Under the pieces are notes generated by a model, which saw only the letters and a program-made list of their open reading frames with translations, made no database searches and was not told the DNA's origin. Shown here piece by piece: positions 1 to 12,700 of a DNA stretch of 64,000 nt (the stretch's first letter is position 1; each line of letters begins with the position of its first letter). The stretch is from Heterodontus francisci (lineage: Eukaryota), in the NCBI RefSeq assembly GCF_036365525.1, contig NW_027140807.1, positions 558,001 through 622,000 of the forward strand, given 5' to 3'. The translations under genes were made by a program, and so were the position numbers.

Positions 1-271
1 AGAGAGCGGAGCCAAGGATTATGGAGAACAGGTAGGAAAGAGGGATCGAGGCCAACATCAGATCAGCCATGATCTCTGGTTGCAAATTCCTCTCTCACCA
101 GCCCTCCTCCAATCTCCTACATTTAGCTATTTACATTCTTGCTTCTTCAATGCAATGCTTACTCTTTTGCCTGTTTTCACATTCTCTCGCCTTTCTTTAA
201 ATTGAAGAGAGTAAACTAGTCGACGTTTTCAATGCTAGTAAGAGACGTATTTTGACTAACATCTCACTTAC

Positions 272-357
272 CCTGGACAGTTAATTTAGTGCCATCTCCA
301 AAATACATAGGTTGAATACTCCCTGCTCCCACATCATCACCTCACATCACAAAACAT
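272..357 (-). other. TRBJ: TCR beta J segment (coding 272-329, GAGSIQPMYFGDGTKLTVQ) with 12-RSS (heptamer 330-336, nonamer 349-357)
   Basis: FGxGT motif, phase-1 GTAAG donor at 271, CACATCA-12bp-ACAAAACAT on + strand. Confidence 0.92.
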
Positions 358-672
358 TCCCCAACTCTCTTCTGGAAGAAAAGAAACTCACTGGGCCATT
401 CCTTAATATTTGATAGTGGCCTCTGGTTAACGCAAGCTAACTGTAAGTTAATGTAAACTCGTGGACTAACCAGGCAGTTTGCAGTTATAACTAACAGAAT
501 TCCCAAGACTGTCTGCCCCGTCTATATGTGGACCCGTTCATCAGTTATCCACCGTGGCAATCCTGACAATAGGAGATTTTCTCTAAGTCCCTCACAATTA
601 TTCATTCAATCCTTCTTGCAAGATGTTTACAGGTGACCCTTGCTTCACTGAAAACAAAGAAACTGAACTCAC

Positions 673-757
673 CCAAAATCGTCAACGTGGACACGTCCCC
701 AAAATGTAGCAGGTTGGTATACCCGCCCGCACTGCACTAAACAACAATACCAAAATA
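673..757 (-). other. TRBJ: TCR beta J segment with non-canonical motif (coding 673-729, GGYTNLLHFGDVSTLTIL), 12-RSS
   Basis: FGDVST in place of FGxGT, GTGAG donor at 672, CACTGCA(730-736)-12bp-ACCAAAATA(749-757). Confidence 0.8.
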
Positions 758-944
758 CAACGATGGGTAGACAGATGTCTAGACAAACAAATAGATAGAT
801 AGGTGGACAAACAGACAGACAGATGGATCCACAGTCCAACAAATAGATAGGTACATTGATAGATAGATAGATAAATAGATAGACTTACAGATGAAAAGAT
901 GTATTTACATAGATAAATATATACATGTGCAAACATAATCTTAC

Positions 945-1022
945 CTAAAACAGTGAGTTTAGTCCCAGCTCCGAAATAATAAATGTCACCAGAGCACAAT
1001 GATAAACTCATGTATTAAAACA
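945..1022 (-). other. TRBJ: TCR beta J segment (coding 945-994, SGDIYYFGAGTKLTVL), 12-RSS
   Basis: FGAGT motif, GTAAG donor at 944, CACAATG(995-1001)-12bp-ATTAAAACA. Confidence 0.93.
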
Positions 1023-2499
1023 TCACCTGTCTTTGAGCCCTTTCCCGAAGTAGCCCCTCATAATAAGGGAGAACCGACAAGTATAAGGAAAATTTGTCCA
1101 TAGGAACATAGCAACTGGGGAACAGGAGTTGACCATTCAGCCCTTCGTGCTTATTCCGACATTTAATTAGATTATAAATTATTTGTACCATAACCCCATC
1201 GACCTGCCTTCTTGGTTCCATAACCATTAGCATCTTTGCCGATCAAAAAATAATCAACCACACATTTGAAATTTTCAGTTGACCCCTCAGCTTTCTGTGG
1301 GAGAGATTTCTGGATTCCACGGGGCATTTTGGAAACAAGTCCTTCTTGACATCACTCCTGAATGGTCTAGCTATCAGTGTATGATTTTGCTCTCTTGTTC
1401 TGGACCCATCACACCAGAGGAAATATCAGATCCTACCATTATCTTAAACACATCAATTGGATCACCCCTGAATCTCAAATTCTCAATTTACTGCAATCCT
1501 ACTTTAAACAACACATCGTCATAAATTAAACTCTTTCAATTCCGTTATTATCCTGGGTGAATGAGGAAAGGTCATGGGGCCCTTGACACCTCATTGTCCA
1601 CTGGATATGGGTAGCCCACCAGTTCGATTAGTAACTTGAAAATACTGGGTCTCAAAACGGTTTCATTCATTGCCGCTCGAGGTTAAGAGGGAATAGATAG
1701 AATTATACAGAATTTACAACACACAAACAGGCCATTCAGCCCATCTGCTCCATGCCAGTGTTTACACTCCACTTGAGATTCCTCTCATCCCCTTCGTTCA
1801 ATTCAATTTTTTTTTATCCAATCTACTTTTTTAAACCCACTCCTTGTAGTATTGAGTTCCACATTCGCACCACTGTCTGGGTAAAGAAATTTCTCCTGAA
1901 TTCCCTATTGAATTTATTACTGACTGTCTGACATTTATGCTCTCCCCGTTCTGGTCTCCCCACAAGTGGAAAAAACTTCGGTGTGTCTACCCGATCGAAA
2001 CCCCTTTCAAAATCGTACAGACCTCTACCAGGTCACCCCTCAAACTTCACTGCTCTCGAGAACGGAGTCCCAGTCTGTCCGACCTTCCCCAATAGTTATA
2101 ACAGTTTGGGCAGCACAGCTGTTAATCTGTATTGACTTACCTTATCCAGAGCCTCTACATCATTTCTTTTATAATATGCAGACCAGAACTGCATACTGAA
2201 CGATGCAATCTGACATTTTTCGTTCTATGTCTGTGTCCTCTTGTTCTTCTCTTACAAGCGCAATCATTCTATTTGTATCTACATTGCTGTTTGTTCTGTT
2301 TATTTTAGAGACCCTCCCTTATGTATCCACTCAAACCCCTTCCCTACAGTGAAACGAATTCGGCAGTTGTAGGTCTCCATTTGTAAGCTGAAGAATTGTA
2401 ATTAATTCACCAAATTTCTATATTTTCACCCCCTCGACCACCTCACGTGAATTCCCAAATTGAATCAACTTTTCCAGTATTAGGAATGCATTCACTCAC

Positions 2500-2578
2500 C
2501 TAAAACCACCAGTTTGGTCCCATCTCCAAAATATGCTTCGGTATTGGAGCACACTGGTATGGGGCTGTCACAAAATCC
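2500..2578 (-). other. TRBJ: TCR beta J segment (coding 2500-2549, SNTEAYFGDGTKLVVL), 12-RSS
   Basis: NTEAYFG closely resembles mammalian TRBJ1-1 (NTEAFFG); GTGAG donor; CACACTG(2550-2556) with CACAAAATC(C) nonamer at 12-13 bp. Confidence 0.93.
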
Positions 2579-3183
2579 CCTTCAATCCCCTTAGATTGTT
2601 AAGTCTGTTCCATTGAAGTTCCTATTATGTAAATGACCGTAAAGGTCGTAGGAACATGGGGACAGGAGGTGGCCATTCAGCCCTTCGAGCCTGTTCCACC
2701 ATTCAGTTAGTTCAGGGTTGATCTGACTCTTAACTCCATCATCCCTCCTTGGTTCTGCAACCCTCAATACTTTTGTTTTACACAGGTCGATCAATCTTGG
2801 ATTTGAATTTATCAATTGACCCCCAGTCTCAACTGATTGTTTTGGGGAGGGAAGGAGGGGGGAGAGAGTTCCTGATTTCCACTACCCTTTGTGTGAAGAA
2901 GTGCTTCCTGATATCACCCCTGAAAGGTGATAATTTAAATTGTTCTGGACACCCCCCAACCTGAGAAAGCAGCTTCTCTCTCTATCTATCCAACACCTCA
3001 AACCCCTCCATTATATCAGCCCTTAATGTTCTATATTCGAGGGACTGTCAGCTTAGTCTGAGTAACCAGTCCTCATGAGTTAACCCTTTAATGTATCTAA
3101 TATCTGAACATTACTCCTGGTGATTTTTAAACTAGATATAGATTCTGATCGATAGGAGGAACAGAAATACAGAGTCACCTTAC

Positions 3184-3259
3184 CCAACACTGTCAACTTG
3201 GTCCCATCGCCGAAGTAAGCTATGTCTTTTGCACGATGCTCCAAACTCAGTCATGAACA
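3184..3259 (-). other. TRBJ: TCR beta J segment (coding 3184-3231, KDIAYFGDGTKLTVL), weak 12-RSS
   Basis: FGDGT motif, GTAAG donor, CACGATG(3232-3238)-12bp-TCATGAACA (degenerate nonamer). Confidence 0.9.
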
Positions 3260-3574
3260 GACCCGGGAGATGTTCCCCTTGTAACTGAACGAGACAGGGC
3301 GGGGTGGTTCACAGGCCAGGGTCATATTGGACTGGTCTTTGCAAACCAGAAAGAAGGGCCAGCGTCGTCCACACAAATGTAATCACATTTCCACACAAAT
3401 GACACACAGTTCTTCTCTTTTCCTCAGGATTGTTCTAGGTTTTCAGGCTGGACCACTCTGAGACATCTTTAAGATGAAAAGGGCCCAGTTCCCGTTATAA
3501 TCCAGGGCCATGTTGACTCGTTTACTCTGTTGTCACTGCTCTTCTGCTGATCCTCCACCAGGTGTGTAGAGCGA

Positions 3575-3654
3575 GGTTTTTGTACGGAGGTTGCATTGGA
3601 TTTTATCACCGTGTCCCTGCTGTTCCCACAGTGATAGACACTCACACAAAAAAT
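3575..3654 (-). other. TRBD: TCR beta D segment GGAACAGCAGGGA (3614-3626) with upstream 12-RSS and downstream 23-RSS
   Basis: + strand GGTTTTTGT(3575-3583)-23bp-CACCGTG(3607-3613), 13 nt, then CACAGTG(3627-3633)-12bp-ACAAAAAAT(3646-3654); 12/23 arrangement typical of TRB/TRD D segments. Confidence 0.95.
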
Positions 3655-3768
3655 AGGAACGCAAAACTTACATGTCGCCGCCACTTGAAGTGCTCCCGAG
3701 GTCTTCACCTGGTGACGGCAGTTGAGACTGAGGTGCTGAAATTTAGTTAGACCTTTGGAGCACAATTA

Positions 3769-6700
3769 GAGGACATTCAGCCCCTCTCCAGTCTATTAAA
3801 CAGGAACAGGAGGAGAACATTCAGCCCCTCTCCAGTCTGTTACACAAGAACAAGAGAAGGCCAATTCAAACCCCTCTCCAGTCTGTTACACAGGAACAGG
3901 AGGAAGACATTCAGCCCCTCGCCAGTCTGTTACACAGGAACACGAGGAGGACATTCAGCCCCTCACCAGTCTGTTACACAGGAACAGGAGGAGGACATTC
4001 AGCCCCTCTCCTGTCTGCTTCACAGGAACAGCTGGAGGACATTCAGCCTCTCTCCAGTCTGTTACACAGGAACAGGAGGAGGACATTCAGCCCCTCTCCA
4101 GCCTGTTACACAGGAACAGCTGGAGGACATTCAGCCCCTCTCCAGTCTGTTACACAGGAACAGGAGGAGGACATTCAGCCCCTCTCCAGTCTGTTACTCA
4201 GGAACAGGAGGAGGACATTCAGCCCCTCGCCAGTCTGTTACACAGCAACAGGAGGAGGACATTCAGCCCCTCTCCAGTCTATTACACAGGAACAGGAGGA
4301 GGACATTCAGCCGCTCTCCAGTCTGTTACACAGGAACAGGATGAAGACATTCAGCACCTCGCCAGTCTGTTACACAGGAACACGAGGAGGACATTCAGCC
4401 CCTCACCAGTCTGTTACACAGGAACAGGAGGAGGACATTCAGACCCTCTCCTGTCTGCTTCACAGGAACAGCTGGAGGACATTCAGCCCCTCTCCAGTCT
4501 GTTACACAGGAACAGGAGGAGGACATTCAGCCGCTCTCCAGTCTGTTACACAGGAACAGGAGGAAGACATTCAGCCCCTCGCCAGTCTGTTACACAGCAA
4601 CACGAGGAGGACATTCAGCCCCTCACCAGTCTGTTACACAGGAACAGGAGGAGGTCATTCAGCCCCTCTCCTGTCTGCTTCACAGGAACAGCTGGAGGAG
4701 ATTCAGCCCCTCTCCAGTCTGTTACAAAGGAACAGGAGGAGGACATTCAGTCCCTCTCCAGTCTGTTACACAGGAACAGGAGGAGGACATTCAGCCCCTC
4801 TCCAGTCTGCTACACAGGAACAGGAGGAGGACATTCAGCTGCTCTCCAGTCTGTTACACAGGAACAGGAGGAGGGCATTCAGACACTCGCCAGTCTGTTA
4901 CACAGCAACAGGAGGAGGACATTCAGCCCCTCTCCAGTCTATTACACAGGAACAGGAGGAGGACATTCAGCCGCTCTCCAGTCTGTTACACAGGAACAGT
5001 CGGAAGACATTCAGCCCCTCGCCAGTCTGTTACACAGGAACACGAGGAGGACATTCAGCCCCTCACTAGTCTGTTACACAGGAACAGGAGGAGGTCATTC
5101 AGCCCCTCTTCTGTCTGCTTCACAGGAACAGTTGGAGGAGATTCAGCCCCTCTCCAGTCTGTTACACAGGAACAGGAGGAGGACATTCAGCCCCTCTCCA
5201 GTCTGTTACACAGGAACAGGAGGAGGACATTCGGCCCCTCTCCAGTCTGTTACTCAGGAACAGGAGGAGGACATTCAGCCCCGCTCCAGTCTGTTACACA
5301 GGAACAGGAGGAGGACATTCAGCCCCTCTCCAGTCTGTAACACAGGAACAGGAGGAGGACATTCAGCCCGTCTCCAGTCTGCTACACAGGAACAGGAGGA
5401 GGACATTCAGCCCCTCTCCAGTATGTTACATATGAACAGGAGGAGGACATTCAGCCCCTCTCCAGTCTGCTACACAGGAACAGGAGGAGGACATTCAGCT
5501 GCTCTCCAGTCTGTTACACAGGAACAGGAGGAGGGCATTCAGACCCTCGCCAGTCTGTTACACAGCAACAGGAGGAGGACATTCAGCCCCTCTCCAGTCT
5601 ATTACACAGGAACAGGAGGAGGACATTCAGCCGCTCTCCAGTCTGTTACACAGGAACAGTAGGAAGACATTCAGCCCCTCGCCAGTCTGTTACACAGGAA
5701 CACGAGGAGGACATTCAGCCCCTCACTAGTCTGTTACACAGGAACAGGAGGAGGTCATTCAGCCCCTCTTCTGTCTGCTTCACAGGAACAGCTGGAGGAG
5801 ATTCAGCCCCTCTCCAGTCTGTTACACAGGAACAGGAGGAGGACATTCAGCCCCTCTCCAGTCTGTTACACAGGAACAGGAGGAGGACATTCAGCCCCTC
5901 TCCAGTCTGTTACTCAGGAACAGGAGGAGGACATTCAGCCCCTCTCCAGTCTGTTACACAGGAACAGGAGGAGGTCATTCAGCCCCTCTCCAGTCTGTTA
6001 CACAGGAACAGGCGGGGGACATTCAGCCCGTCTCCAGTCTGCTACACAGGAACAGGAGGAGGACATTCAGCCCCTCTCCAGTATGTTACATATGAACAGG
6101 AGGAGGACATTCAGCCCCTCTCCAGTCTGAAACACAGGAACAGGAGGAGGACATTCAGCCCCTCTCCAGTCTGTTACATTTGAACAGGAGGGTAACATTC
6201 AGCCCCTCTCCTGTCTGCTACACGGGAACAGGAGGAGGACATTCAGCCCATCTCCAGTCTGTTACACAGGAACAGGAGGAGGACATTCAGCACCTCTCTA
6301 GTCTGTTACACAGGAACAGGAGGAGGACATTCAGTCCCTCTCCAGTCTGTTACACAAAAACAGGAGGAGGACATTCAGCCCCTCTCCAGTCTGTTACACA
6401 GGAAGAGGAGGAAGACTTTCAGCCCCTCTCGTGCTTGTTACACTGGAACAGGAGGAGGACATTCAGCCACTCTCGAGTCTGTTGGACAGGAGCAGGAGGA
6501 GGACATTCCGCCCCTCTGGAGCCTGTTATACAGGAACAGGAGGAGGACATTCAGCCCCTCTCCAGTCTGTTACATAGGAACAGGAGGAGGACATTCAGCC
6601 CCTCTCCAGTCTGTTACACAGGAAGAGGAGGAAGACATTCAACCCCTCTCGAGTCTGTTACACTGGAACAGGAGGAGGACATTCAGCCACTCTCGAGTCT

Positions 6701-9700
6701 GTTGGACAGGAGCAGGAGGAGGACATTCAGCCCCTCTCCAGTCTGTTACATAGGAACAGGAGGAGGACATTCAGCCCCTCTCCAGTCTGTTACACAGGAA
6801 GAGGAGGAAGACATTCAGCCCCTCTCGAGTCTGTTACACTGGAACAGGAGGAGGACATTCAGCCCCTCTGGAGCCTGTTCTACAGGAACAGGAGGAGGAC
6901 ATTCAGCCCCTCTCCAGTCTGTTAGACAGGAGCAGGAGGAGGACATTCAGCCCCTCTCCAGTCTGTTACATAGGAACAGGAGGAGGACATTCAGCCCCTC
7001 TCCAGTCTGTTACACAGGAAGCGGAGGAAGACATTCAGCCCCTCTCGAGTCTGTTACACTGGAACAGGAGGAGGACATTCAGCCACTCTCGAGTCTGTTA
7101 GACAGGAGCAGGAGGAGGACATTCAGCCCCTCTGGAGCCTGTTATACAGGAACAGGAAGAGGACATTCAGCACCTCTCCAGTCTGTTAGGCAGGAGCAGG
7201 AGGAGGACATTCAGCCCCTCTCCAGTCTGTTAGACAGGAGTAGGAGGAGGACATTCAGCCCCACTCGAGTCTGTTACACAGGAGCAGGAGGAGGACATTC
7301 AGCCCCTCTCGAGTCTGTTACATAGGAACAGGAGGAGGACATTCAGCCCCTCTACAGTCTGTTACACAGGAAGAGGAGGAGGACATTCAGCCACTCTCGA
7401 GTCTGTTAGACAGGAGCAGGAGGAGGACATTCAGCCCCTCTGGACCCTGTTGTACAGGCACAGGAGGAGGACATTCAGCCCCTCTCCAGTCTGTTGGACA
7501 GGAGCAGGAGGAGGACATTCAGCCCCTCTCCAGTCTGTTACATTGGATCAGGAGGAGGACATTCAGCCCCTCTCCAGTCTGTTACACGGGAAGAGGAGGA
7601 AGACATTCAGACCCTCTCCAGTCTGTTACACTGGAACAGGAGGAGGACATTCAGTCACTCTCCAGTCTGTAGACTGGAGCAGGAGGAGGACATTCAGCCC
7701 CTCTGGAGCCTGTTATACAGGAACAGGAGGAGGACATTCAGCCCCTCTCCAGTCTGTTAGACAGTAGCACGAGGAGGACATTCAGCCCCTCTCCAGTCTG
7801 TTACTCAGGAACAGGAGGAGGACATTCAGCCCCTCGCCAGTCTGTTACACAGCAACAGGAGGAGGACATTCAGCCCCTCTCCAGTCTATTACACAGGAAC
7901 AGGAGGAGGACATTCAGCCGCTCTCCAGTCTGTTACACAGGAACAGGATGAAGACATTCAGCACCTCGCCAGTCTGTTACACAGGAACACGAGGAGGACA
8001 TTCAGCCCCTCACCAGTCTGTTACACAGGAACAGGAGGAGGACATTCAGACCCTCTCCTGTCTGCTTCACAGGAACAGCTGGAGGACATTCAGCCCCTCT
8101 CCAGTCTGTTACACAGGAACAGGAGGAGGACATTCAGCCGCTCTCCAGTCTGTTACACAGGAACAGGAGGAAGACATTCAGCCCCTCGCCAGTCTGTTAC
8201 ACAGCAACACGAGGAGGACATTCAGCCCCTCACCAGTCTGTTACACAGGAACAGGAGGAGGTCATTCAGCCCCTCTCCTGTCTGCTTCACAGGAACAGCT
8301 GGAGGAGATTCAGCCCCTCTCCAGTCTGTTACAAAGGAACAGGAGGAGGACATTCAGTCCCTCTCCAGTCTGTTACACAGGAACAGGAGGAGGACATTCA
8401 GCCCCTCTCCAGTCTGCTACACAGGAACAGGAGGAGGACATTCAGCTGCTCTCCAGTCTGTTACACAGGAACAGGAGGAGGGCATTCAGACCCTCGCCAG
8501 TCTGTTACACAGCAACAGGAGGAGGACATTCAGCCCCTCTCCAGTCTATTACACAGGAACAGGAGGAGGACATTCAGCCGCTCTCCAGTCTGTTACACAG
8601 GAACGGTCGGAAGACATTCAGCCCCTCGCCAGTCTGTTACACAGGAACACGAGGAGGACATTCAGCCCCTCACTAGTCTGTTACACAGGAACAGGAGGAG
8701 GTCATTCAGCCCCTCTTCTGTCTGCTTCACAGGAACAGTTGGAGGAGATTCAGCCCCTCTCCAGTCTGTTACACAGGAACAGGAGGAGGACATTCAGCCC
8801 CTCTCCAGTCTGTTACACAGGAACAGGAGGAGGACATTCGGCCCCTCTCCAGTCTGTTACTCAGGAACAGGAGGAGGACATTCAGCCCCGCTCCAGTCTG
8901 TTCCACAGGAACAGGAGGAGGACATTCAGCCCCTCTCCAGTCTGTAACACAGGAACAGGAGGAGGACATTCAGCCCGTCTCCAGTCTGCTACACAGGAAC
9001 AGGAGGAGGACATTCAGCCCCTCTCCAGTATGTTACATATGAACAGGAGGAGGACATTCAGCCCCTCTCCAGTCTGCTACACAGGAACAGGAGGAGGACA
9101 TTCAGCTGCTCTCCAGTCTGTTACACAGGAACAGGAGGAGGGCATTCAGACCCTCGCCAGTCTGTTACACAGCAACAGGAGGAGGACATTCAGCCCCTCT
9201 CCAGTCTATTACACAGGAACAGGAGGAGGACATTCAGCCGCTCTCCAGTCTGTTACACAGGAACAGTAGGAAGACATTCAGCCCCTCGCCAGTCTGTTAC
9301 ACAGGAACACGAGGAGGACATTCAGCCCCTCACTAGTCTGTTACACAGGAACAGGAGGAGGTCATTCAGCCCCTCTTCTGTCTGCTTCACAGGAACAGCT
9401 GGAGGAGATTCAGCCCCTCTCCAGTCTGTTACACAGGAACAGGAGGAGGACATTCAGCCCCTCTCCAGTCTGTTACACAGGAACAGGAGGAGGACATTCA
9501 GCCCCTCTCCAGTCTGTTACTCAGGAACAGGAGGAGGACATTCAGCCCCTCTCCAGTCTGTTACACAGGAACAGGAGGAGGACATTCAGCCCCTCTCCAG
9601 TCTGTAACACAGGAACAGGAGGAGGACATTCAGCCCGTCTCCAGTCTGCTACACAGGAACAGGAGGAGGACATTCAGCCCCTCTCCAGAATGTTACATAT

Positions 9701-12700
9701 GAACAGGAGGAGGACATTCAGCCCCTCTCCAGTCTGAAACACAGGAACAGGAGGAGGACATTCAGCCCCTCTCCAGTCTGTTACATTTGAACAGGAGGGT
9801 AACATTCAGCCCCTCTCCTGTCTGCTACACGGGAACAGGAGGCGGACATTCAGCCCATCTCCAGTCTGTTACACAGGAACAGGAGGAGGACATTCAGCAC
9901 CTCTCTAGTCTGTTACACAGGAACAGGAGGAGGACATTCAGTCCCTCTCCAGCCTGTTACACAAAAACAGGAGGAGGACATTCAGCCCCTCTCCAGTCTG
10001 TTACACAGGAAGAGGAGGAAGACATTCAGCCCCTCTCGTGTTTGTTACACTGGAACAGGAGGAGGACATTCAGCCACTCTCGTGTCTGTTGGACAGGAGC
10101 AGGAGGAGGACATTCCGCCCCTCTGGAGCCTGTTATACAGGAACAGGAGGAGGACATTCAGCCCCTCTCCAGTCTGTTACATAGGAACAGGAGGAGGACA
10201 TTCAGCCCCTCTCCAGTCTGTTACACAGGAAGAGGAGGAAGACATTCAGCCCCTCTCGAGTCTGTTACACTGGAACAGGAGGAGGACATTCAGCCACTCT
10301 CGAGTCTGTTGGACAGGAGCAGGAGGAGGACATTCAGCCCCTCTCCAGTCTGTTACATAGGAACAGGAGGAGGACATTCAGCCCCTCTCCAGTCTGTTAC
10401 ACAGGAAGAGGAGGAAGACATTCAGCCCCTCTCGAGTCTGTTACACTGGAACAGGAGGAGGACATTCAGCCACTCTCGAGTCTGTTGGACAGGAGCAGGA
10501 GGAGGACATTCAGCCCCTCTGGAGCCTGTTCTACAGGAACAGGAGGAGGACATTCAGCCCCTCTCCAGTCTGTTAGACAGGAGCAGGAGGAGGACATTCA
10601 GCCCCTCTCCAGTCTGTTACATAGGAACAGGAGGAGGACATTCAGCCCCTCTCCAGTCTGTTACACAGGAAGCGGAGGAAGACATTCAGCCCCTCTCGAG
10701 TCTGTTACACTGGAACAGGAGGAGGACATTCAGCCACTCTCGAGTCTGTTAGACAGGAGCAGGAGGAGGACATTCAGCCCCTCTGCAGCCTGTTATACAG
10801 GAACAGGAAGAGGACATTCAGCACCTCTCCAGTCTGTTAGGCAGGAGCAGGAGGAGGACATTCAGCCCCTCTCCAGTCTGTTAGACAGGAGTAGGAGGAG
10901 GACATTCAGCCCCACTCGAGTCTGTTACACAGGAGCAGGAGGAGGACATTCAGCCCCTCTCGAGTCTGTTACATAGGAACAGGAGGAGGACATTCAGCCC
11001 CTCTCCAGTCTGTTACACAGGAAGAGGAGGAGGACATTCAGCCACTCTCGAGTCTGTTAGACAGGAGCAGGAGGAGGACATTCAGCCCCTCTGGACCCTG
11101 TTGTACAGGCACAGGAGGAGGACATTCAGCCCCTCTCCAGTCTGTTGGACAGGAGCAGGAGGAGGACATTCAGCCCCTCTCCAGTCTGTTACATTGGATC
11201 AGGAGGAGGACATTCAGCCCCTCTCCAGTCTGTTACACGGGAAGAGGAGGAAGACATTCAGACCCTCTCCAGTCTGTTACACGGGAAGAGGAGGAAGACA
11301 TTCAGACCCTCTCCAGTCTGTTACACTGGAACAGGAGGAGGACATTCAGTCACTCTCCAGTCTGTAGACTGGAGCAGGAGGAGGACATTCAGCCCCTCTG
11401 GAGCCTGTTATACAGGAACAGGAGGAGGACATTCAGCCCCTCTCCAGTCTGTTAGACAGTAGCACGAGGAGGACATTCAGCCCCTCTCCAGTCTGTTAGA
11501 CAGGAGCAGGAGGAGGACATTCAGCCCCACTCGAGTCTGTTACACAGGAGCAGGAGGAGGACATTCAAACCCTCACCGCTCTGTTAGACAGGAGCAGGAG
11601 TAGGACATTCGGCCCTTCTCCAGTCTGCTACACAGGAACAGGAGGAGGACATTCAGCCCCTCTCCAGTATGTTACATATGAACAGGAGGAGGACATTCAG
11701 CCCCTCTCCAGTCTGAAACACAGGAACAGGAGGAGGACATTCAGCCCCTCTCCATTCTGTTACATTTGAACAGGAGGTTAACATTCAGCCCCTCTCCTGT
11801 CTGCTATACAGGAACAGGAGGAGGACATTCAGCCCATCTCCAGTCTGTTACACAGGAACAGGAGGAGGACATTCAGCCCCTCTCTAGTCTGTTACACAGG
11901 AACAGGAGGAGGACATTCAGTCCCTCTCCAGTCTGTTACATAGGAACAGGAGGAGGACATTCAGCCCCTCTCCAGTCTGTTACACAGGAAGAGGAGGAAG
12001 ACATTCAGCCCCTCTCGTGTTTGTTACACTGGAACAGGAGGAGGACATTCAGCCAATCTCGAGTCTGTTGGACAGGAGCAGGAGGAGGACATTCAGAACC
12101 TCTGGAGCCTGTTATACAGGAGCAGGAGGAGGACATTCAGCCCCTCTCCAGTCTGTTACATTGGATCAGGAGGAGGACATTCAGCCCCTCTCCAGTCTGT
12201 TACACAGGAAGAGGAGGAAGACATTCAGCCCCTCTCGTGTTTGTTACACTGGAACAGGAGGAGGACATTCAGCCAATCTCGAGTCTGTTGGACAGGAGCA
12301 GGAGGAGGACATTCAGACCCTCTGGAGACTGTTATACAGGAACAGGAGGAGGACATTCAGCCCCTCTCCAGTCTGTTACACAGGAAGAGGAGGAAGACAT
12401 TCAGCCCCTCTCGAGTCTGTTACACTGGAACAGGAGGAGGACATTCAGCCACTCTCGAGTCTGTTGGACAGGAGCAGGAGGAGGACATTCAACCCCTCTG
12501 GAGCCTGTTCTACAGGAACAGGAGGAGGACATTCAGCCCCTCTCCAGTCTGTTAGACAGGAGCAGGAGGAGGACATTCAGCCCCTCTCCAGTCTGTTACA
12601 CAGGAACAGGAGGAAGACATTCAGCCCCTCTCGAGTCTGTTACACTGGAACAGGAGAAGGACATTCAGCCACTCTCGAGTCTGTTAGACAGGAGCAGGAG

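Noticed and set aside
2130-2200. CTTACC donor-like site suggesting another J
   Set aside because: No FGxG frame or RSS; lies in a decayed LINE fragment
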